A stretch of DNA of 63,950 nucleotides, counting the filler, from Hyphochytrium catenoides (Eukaryota > Protista > Hyphochytriomycota), in NCBI GenBank assembly GCA_900088475.1. It is 7 parts of 7 records of this genome, joined end to end, with 100 filler letters (N's around TTAATTAATTAA, not from the genome) between each part and the next. Parts side by side here need not be neighbours in the genome. Positions count along the whole stretch, not along the records: positions 62,906 to 63,950 come from FLMG01001456.1; 6 more parts are not named here. One strand, 5' to 3'. Made by a program: the position numbers and the translations under genes. Within the stretch, counting starts at the first letter, position 1, and each line of letters opens with the position of its first letter. Below the pieces are notes generated by a model, which was not told the origin of the DNA, searched no databases, and saw only the letters and a program-made list of their open reading frames with translations. Shown in pieces: positions 62,906-63,950 of this stretch.

Positions 62906-63950
62906 ACTCGCTGCCTTCTGCAGACCTCTGTGCATAGCTCAGCTATCAGGTTATGGGCCCACTTCTTCCAGGTTCTGCCGCGTGTTACTCTATCTTGGTT
63001 GAGAGATGGCGTCCCCTACTTCTTCCAGCCTTGAGGATTCACCCTCCTCTTCTGTTGCTGGCCCTCGCCGCAGTGATCCTCCTCCAACAATGAACAGCTC
63101 TTCTGCTGGAGGAACCACTACGACTTCATTCGGTGGCGCCACTACGTCCTCTGCTCCGACGACTGCTGGATCCAACCAATCTCAGCAGACGATCGTATTG
63201 CCCTCATCAGTGAGGCTAAAGGGCGAAGAAAATTTCGAAATTTGGGAATGGCAAGTTGAAAATCACCTCTCATGTGAAGGTTTACTGGACATTGTGACAG
63301 GTCAGACGAGCCCCATCGACCCGGACGACCATGATGCATTCCGTGACCTTAGTCGACGGAAAGATCGCGTCATGCGCATCCTAATTCAAACCATTGACGC
63401 CGGTATCCTTGCGGAACTCTTGGAGTTTCGGCATGACCCTGCTCTTCTTTGGGGTGAACTCCAGGCCCGCTACAAGGCCTACAACCGGAACCACTCGTTT
63501 TTCCTTGCACAGCAACTGTTCCGCTGTCGTTATGAAGGAGGTTCCTTGCGCGACTATGTCCAGAAACTGCGGGATCTACACCGCCGTTTAGCATTGACAA
63601 ATGTCCGTCTCGATGAACCCGTCCTTGTGGTCTGCCTTTGCGTAGGCCTCATCGGCACCAAGTTTGAGCCCCTCCTCGGCAACTTTACGGCCCGCTCCAC
63701 GGCTCTTACGTGGAACGATATCACCAGCGCGTTGTACAGTTACGAAGTCCTCTACTCCTCTCAGCCTGACGGTCCCTCTCAACCACACCCTCAGGCACCT
63801 CGTGGACTTCACACTCATACCGGTAACCATCCCCAACGTCCCTCTGGTACCCCACGAGGGACTGGACCTACCCCTCCCTCGGGACATGGTAACCAAACCC
63901 CTAACCCTACTAACCCGCCCTCCCGCATCATCTGTCACTACTGCAACAAA
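62906..63950 (+). mobile_element. Ty1/Copia LTR retrotransposon 5' end (LTR end, PBS, gag)
   Basis: LTR terminus ...TATCA ends at 62948, immediately followed by PBS GGTTATGGGCCCA (62949-62961) and then the gag ORF. Confidence 0.9.
63006..63950 (+). CDS. Copia Gag polyprotein, open to window end (absent from the ORF track)
   Basis: 315 stop-free codons from ATG 63006. LKGEENFEIWEWQVENHL...GLLDIVTG, LWGELQARY and SLRDYVQKLRDLHRRL, ending at the start of the zinc knuckle ICHYCNK. Confidence 0.9.
   Translation, partial: MASPTSSSLEDSPSSSVAGPRRSDPPPTMNSSSAGGTTTTSFGGATTSSAPTTAGSNQSQQTIVLPSSVRLKGEENFEIWEWQVENHLSCEGLLDIVTGQTSPIDPDDHDAFRDLSRRKDRVMRILIQTIDAGILAELLEFRHDPALLWGELQARYKAYNRNHSFFLAQQLFRCRYEGGSLRDYVQKLRDLHRRLALTNVRLDEPVLVVCLCVGLIGTKFEPLLGNFTARSTALTWNDITSALYSYEVLYSSQPDGPSQPHPQAPRGLHTHTGNHPQRPSGTPRGTGPTPPSGHGNQTPNPTNPPSRIICHYCNK

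Noticed and set aside
63895-63920. Telomere-like CCCTAA units
   Set aside because: Only about two imperfect units, lying within the gag frame (PNPTNP).
1-63950. tRNA, rRNA and spliceosomal snRNA genes
   Set aside because: No recognisable cloverleaf, rRNA or U1/U2/U6 signature found by eye; a covariance-model scan would be needed to exclude them.

Overview
Eukaryotic draft-genome window, most likely from a stramenopile (inferred from protein architectures; the taxon is not determined). It is seven scaffold pieces joined by artificial 100-nt spacers (44 N + TTAATTAATTAA + 44 N). Genes have GT-AG introns that are often (CT)n-rich on the sense strand, so most entries in the ORF track are spurious. 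Gene models below were built by hand from splice sites and reading-frame phase. They are: an IQ/Sfi1-like repeat coiled-coil protein; a partial choline/ethanolamine phosphotransferase; a partial PH-PH-TBC RabGAP; a partial cytosolic carboxypeptidase; a secreted APX-related heme peroxidase; a PX-like protein; a truA fragment; a very large CHD remodeler; NF-YA; a PH-SnoaL-AGC kinase; and a second PH-SnoaL paralog. Mobile elements are a degraded Copia gag, a degraded Ty3/Gypsy element with a candidate 3' LTR, and the open 5' end of a Copia element with a half-tRNA primer-binding site. The most interesting observations are: (1) two paralogs with a SnoaL/NTF2-like domain after a PH domain, one fused to an AGC kinase; (2) a CHD whose second chromodomain appears split by a bromodomain+PHD cassette and which also carries PDZ and a long PHD array; (3) hints of a CAG-to-TAG mutational bias; (4) a heme peroxidase apparently lacking the proximal Asp. 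No database searches were run, so novelty claims are hypotheses.
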